Position numbers and translations under genes: made by a program. Positions 58,545-64,000 of a DNA stretch of 64,000 nt are shown here, one piece after another; the first letter of the stretch is position 1; every line of letters begins with the position of its first letter. The notes beneath the pieces were generated by a model. It had not been told where the DNA came from. It worked only from the letters and a program-made list of their open reading frames with translations, and searched no databases. Where the stretch lies: contig OZ024741.1 of assembly GCA_964016885.1 (NCBI GenBank), forward strand, positions 135,036,001-135,100,000, given 5' to 3'. The DNA is from Eledone cirrhosa (Eukaryota).

Positions 58545-58710
58545 TATTTCCATTCAATAGGACGTAAAGTTTCGCAGTTTGTAAATATATCGCCTACTGC
58601 CAGCTAGCGTAAGGTCAGGTCGTTAAAATGACCCACACATAAACTAGTCGTCTGAAGATGGCGTAGGACAGAACAAAGGAGAGGCACAAAAACAAAGAAA
58701 AGAATCCCCA

Positions 58711-58753
58711 GTCACTGAAGAGGTCACAGAATGTGTGACGAAAGAACTTTGAC
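58711..58753 (+). ncRNA. Minimal type I hammerhead motif
   Basis: gtca-CTGAAGA-g gtcac agaatgt gtgac-GAAA-gaac-TT-tgac. Confidence 0.68.
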
Positions 58754-58963
58754 AATATATAAACAATCATCTGGTTGTGGAACCAACCAACCAACCAACC
58801 GGAAATTTATAAATTCTTAAATTTATAAATTTATTATAATAAATTGAAGTGAAAGCAACTGGTGCGTGAGTTTCTTATTGGCAACACGACCCTCCCAAAG
58901 TATAACAATATCGGTTTCAACACACGTTTTCAGATAAAGAATCTTGCTAAACAAATTCAGAAA

Positions 58964-59005
<42 letters not shown>

Positions 59006-59079
59006 GTGTATGTGTGTGTGTTAGGTAATTCCGAAGGAAAAGCGAAGGAAAAAAGAGTGCTCTATGCATATAACAGAGC

Positions 59080-59259
59080 TATTTAATTAGAAAGTGAACA
59101 ACACAAAATATAACTACTCCATTACGAAAGGTTTCTGCATCCCAGACAATATTAATATACGTCTGGACCGATCCAGACGTATATTATTATTGTCTGGGAT
59201 CCAGAAACCTTTGGTAATGGAGTAGTTATATTTTGTGTTGTTCACTTTCTAATTAAATA
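59080..59259. repeat. Fold-back hairpin, ~88-bp arms, 4-nt loop
   Basis: Centre cgtctgga ccga tccagacg; right arm has GAAACCTTTGGTA and ends in (TA)n. Confidence 0.92.
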
Positions 59260-59668
59260 AATATATATATATATATGAAATAGAGTGGTAGAGTGAGATA
59301 TACAGAAATACACGCTTGTGTAGATAGATATAGAGGTATATCTATTTGTTTATACACACACATATATATCTATGTATAGCTAAATGTATAGTTGTATACT
59401 CAGACGCAAGTTAGTGAGTGTGCACATATCTGCAGTTATTTTTCAGTGAATATAACGCAGCTTTTTAAAAGAAAAAACATATACGTACTTCTTAAAGTGT
59501 GATGAAGAGACGTAGCTTAGTGGTTAAGATGCTAGTCCTATGGATAGGGCGACGCGCTGTATTCTCACTTTATTTCACGTTGCGTTTTCATGGTAGGACT
59601 GTCATCCCTAACATTAAAAGAAAAGAGGTCTATGAGATAAAACCTCATAGGGGACGAGCTGATCCTAA

Positions 59669-59897
59669 ATAGGTGTGAGCTGTAGCAATAACATACGACC
59701 TGAACTCCTCTCATTAAAACTTTCAAGAAAGTTCATATGAGATGCTACCTCTTAAGAGGCCAGATGTACCTACATAGGTGTGAGCTACAACAATGACATA
59801 ACAGGACTGAGATTTCTCTCATTAAAATATTCAAGAAATCTACAATGATATGCTACCTTGTAGGAGGCCAGCTAAGACTTCATTGGTGGGAGCTGTA
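59669..59897. repeat. ~105-bp tandem repeat, ~2.2 copies
   Basis: ataggtgtgagct...ctctcattaaaa...tgctacct...gaggccag. Confidence 0.8.
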
Positions 59898-59987
59898 AAT
59901 TTAATTTCCTTCTTTTCTCTTAGTGCCACCATTTGATTCTCTGGCATGTTTCATGCAACTTTCATGTACATATATATAAATATGTAC

Positions 59988-60022
<35 letters not shown>

Positions 60023-60044
60023 TGTGTGTGTGTGTATGTGTAGT

Positions 60045-60345
60045 CGTATGGCTTAGTGGTTAGTGTGTTCGGCTCACGATCGTAAAAATCATGAATAAGG
60101 TAACGGGTGGTGTATTTTCTTCTTCAGTAAGACACTTTATTTCATGTTGCTCCAATCCAGTTATGAAGTGTACCTGTAATTCAACCGACCAGCTATATCG
60201 CTTAACGTCACACTGAATCTCCTGGAAACTACGCTAAATGTACACATTTTCGTTAGAATGCCCAGCCACTTGTACTATCTTAATTTCAAGAGCAGGCTGT
60301 CCCGGTGGTAAAACAACTGGAACACTCGTCGTCGTTTGAATCAAC
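60045..60345 (+). mobile_element. Second tRNA-derived SINE family (representative; others at ~42-312 -, 8685-8960 -, 19228-19790 -, 23295-23465 +, 39125-39705 -, 44335-44670 -, 52470-52840 -)
   Basis: tggcttagtggttag head and shared core aagacactttatttca..gttgctcca..gtacctgtaattcaa in many diverged copies. Confidence 0.75.
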
Positions 60346-60615
60346 AGGGATCCAATACACACACACACGCACACACGCACACACTCACGCACGCACACAC
60401 ACACATACACACCACTCACGCCCCCCCCCACACATACACTCACTTACTTGTCTTATGATTCGGAAGACACTAATATAAATAAGAAATTCAATGGAAAATG
60501 AATGGTATTAAACAAAAGCCTCATATGTTATGGATGTATATCCTACACAACATTACTTCACGTAGATACTTCTGGTTCTATCCACTTTAATGTCACCATC
60601 AATCACAAGACTACC

Positions 60616-60774
<159 letters not shown>

Positions 60775-60777
60775 CAC

Positions 60778-60860
<83 letters not shown>

Positions 60861-60867
60861 CATACAT

Positions 60868-60970
<103 letters not shown>

Positions 60971-62310
60971 CATACATATATAAATAGTAAATACTTATCA
61001 AAAAGAATATAGGAAAAGTTAAAATTCTATCAATATTTTCCCATTTACCTGAAAGATAGCTTTACATCAAGAACCATCCTTGTGGTAAATCTATGTGAAG
61101 AAGAACAAAGAATAAAGTTTCGTGTGAAGTGAATACCGCCAGACTTTCGGATTTCAAAGGAAGGAATGATGTGGCATGACACGAGCTTCGATTTTTAGAA
61201 ATTGATGTTGCAATATTCGAAGCTAAAGTGGGTGTAAGCAGCAGCACTTCCTTAAGGTGCCAAATATTACTTTTGAAAAGACAGTTATTGAACCTAGCAT
61301 TGCTTTCCTTGTTAAGTTTAGTGGCATTCAAAAATTTAAGATAATTTCTAATATTAAGAAACCAGCCTGTGGTTTTGCAATCAGTTAAATGTTTTAGGTA
61401 AAGAACAAGTCCAACTGTGAAATGATAAATGTTAGTTTGATTTCTCTACGTTGTAATATAAATGTCACTACAATTAATATTATCAAGTTGACTTGTTCAT
61501 AGTTTTTGAAAGTATTAGAGAAGAATGATGTGTAATAGATATACATTTATTAAACGGTTGGTAATAATGTTACAGATAACACTAGATATAGAGTTAAATT
61601 ATACGATTATGTTATAGCACTACAGATATGACCATATAGAGATATATTATACAATTAATGATGTTATATTACATAGATATGACCAGATATAGTATATAAT
61701 ATATCATATAATAATTGTTTCTACATTTTGGCAAAAGGCCAGCAATTACCCAGTGCATTACTGGTACTTTATTTTATCGACCCCGTAAGGATGAAAGCCA
61801 AAGTTAACCTCGGCGGGATTTGAAAGCATGGCGTCCGACCCTCTACCGATACTGCCAATCCACCGCCATATCATATAATAATGTTATAATATTACAAGGT
61901 AAGACTAGATATAGAGTTATATTATACATTAATGTTACAGATAACGTAGGTATTGGAATATTCCATAGCTGTGTTATATTACTACTACAGATAACAGAGA
62001 CATAGGTACCTGTTACATAACTATTTTATAATATTACATATAAAAACCAGATATAGGAATATATTACACAATTATATTACAACGTTACAAATGTCACAGA
62101 AATATCAATATGATAACTATATTATAATATTGCAGATGATAATAGATATAGGAATATTACACGGTTATGTAACAATATTACAAATATAATATAGTTATCA
62201 ATTTAATAACTATATTATGATATTGCAGATATTAAGATATAGGAATATTACACGGTTATGTTACAATATTACAGATATTACACCACTGTTATATCACAGA
62301 CAACATATTA

Positions 62311-63438
62311 TCAGGTTGTAAAGAAAGTTCTGTCCGTTTTTTAAGGCTCAATAAAACAATAAAACATACAATATCAGATTTATTTAATCGGTAATGAAAT
62401 CGCCATTCTCCTTTATGACTTCTCATCTGTCAATAAACTTTTTAATGCAACGTTCATAAAATTCTTTAAGTTTTAATCCACTCAAATGATCTTGCAAACT
62501 TCTAAAGAGATGATAATCTGTTGGTGCTAGGTCCGGGGAATTTTGTGGGTAAAGCATTATTTCCCAGGTATATATTTTAAAGAAGATCTTTGGTCTTTTG
62601 TGCAGTGTGAGGTATAGCATTATCATGATGAAGGATGAATCCTTTTCTGTTTGTTAATGATAAGCGTTTTTATTGCGTAGTTGCTTTCAAACATCTTAGT
62701 TCTTGGCAGACTTCGGCTGTTATTCTAGCAGTTCGTGATAAATTATTCCCGCTACCCAACACACACTCAGAAGAATCTACAGGCCACTTCTGGGCTGTTT
62801 AACTGGCTCTTCACCATGATGCCTTTGTATCCATTTCTCATCCCCAGTAATGAATGTTCAAAAGAGGCACTTGAGGCTCACAAGATCGTAGTGATGCACA
62901 ACAGTTATCACATTGTTTGTGATTGGCTGCAGGGAGATCATACGAAACCTTTGACACTTTACCAAGTCTTTTAGATTCATGATGAATGGTGGTATAGCTC
63001 ACATTGAAGTCTACACTTAACTCCCGAACTGTAACAGTCAGGTTTGCATCAACAGTGACTTCCAAGTCATTAGAATCCAGCCCTCTTGAGAACACTCCTA
63101 TGTTTCTGAATCGTGAAAACCATCTCCTGTATGTCCATTCAGTCACTACGCCATCACCATAAGTGTTTTGGAGTGTTTTGCTGCTACACTTGCACTATTA
63201 GGTTTTTGAAATTCATAAAAAATAACATGTCGAATGTAATCTTTATTTGGAGTGAACATGGAGCTAATACAACAACTTCAATAAAGTTTGAAATAAATTG
63301 ACAAAGTTTGAAATAAATTGAAACATATTAGTGATTTTGGCATATTCCAAATATAATTGAGAGGTTAGACACCTTTGAATCTAACTCAAGATTTACTTAA
63401 GAAAAGAAAAACCGGACAGGACCTTAGTTACAACCTGA
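62311..63438 (-). mobile_element. Mariner (Tc1/mariner) transposon relic with TIRs and TA target duplication
   Basis: TIRs tcaggttgtaaagaaagttctgtccg / ccggacaggaccttagttacaacctga flanked by TA; minus-strand motifs RRWFSRFR, LHHDNA and SPDLAPTDYHLFRSL; frameshifted. Confidence 0.92.
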
Positions 63439-63519
63439 TATAAAAGTGTAATAATATTATTGCAGACAAGTTATCTACACACGTAGATCTGAATGTTACT
63501 TACAAGTGTGTAATGTTAA

Positions 63520-63621
<102 letters not shown>

Positions 63622-63864
63622 TTAGAGCAAACATCACGGACGCTCTATCTCAAAATTATTTTTGAAAAGCATTAGAAATGCGCAACCGGTAAAACTTAAA
63701 ACCAAAACTGAATACTAACCAATACTATTACTAATTCTCACTTATTCCTAATTAAACTATTTTTCACTGTGAACAATTTGTCAGCATTTTCTTTTCCGTT
63801 TACCAATATATCATAACTTGTGTGTTACACCTCTATTCTTTTAAATATATATATATATATATTA

Positions 63865-64000
63865 CAGGCTTATGCAATATGCATATATATATATATATAT
63901 ATATTAGGTATAGGATTACCCAAGATGTAGTAATGGTTAATTACTACACTGGATATGGTTGACGTACGGTGAGAAGTTACTCTACGAGTTATGGAAGAAT
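63865..64000 (-). mobile_element. End fragment of the 57.9-58.3 kb HHR element family (runs off the window)
   Basis: Matches 57895-58003 (taattactacact..gacgtacggtgag..ttactc.acgagttatggaagaat). Confidence 0.75.

Overview
AT-rich, microsatellite-saturated animal genomic DNA. The SINE families and huge (TA)n/(CA)n tracts resemble an octopus or other cephalopod genome (inference). No host protein-coding gene could be identified confidently, and almost all ORFs in the track are microsatellite artefacts. Recognisable mobile DNA: a disrupted Penelope-like element (RT + CxC linker + GIY-YIG, Hydra-clade-like) with an inverted copy of its 3' end (13146-16328), a mariner relic with TIRs and TA duplication (62311-63438), RTE-LINE fragments, and many tRNA-derived SINEs. 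The main hidden signal is a dense population of non-coding elements carrying type I hammerhead ribozyme (HHR) motifs. By eye I found 14 complete or near-complete motifs and about 8 3' half-motifs, in many unrelated families and nearly all beside (TA)n. Several are terminally redundant units of about 340-490 bp, and a further redundant family (519-625 bp) has no recognisable HHR. Others are long fold-back hairpins built from the HHR 3' half plus the element tail. This looks like a retrozyme-like, non-autonomous Penelope-dependent system. All structures were read by eye, with no folding or database search.
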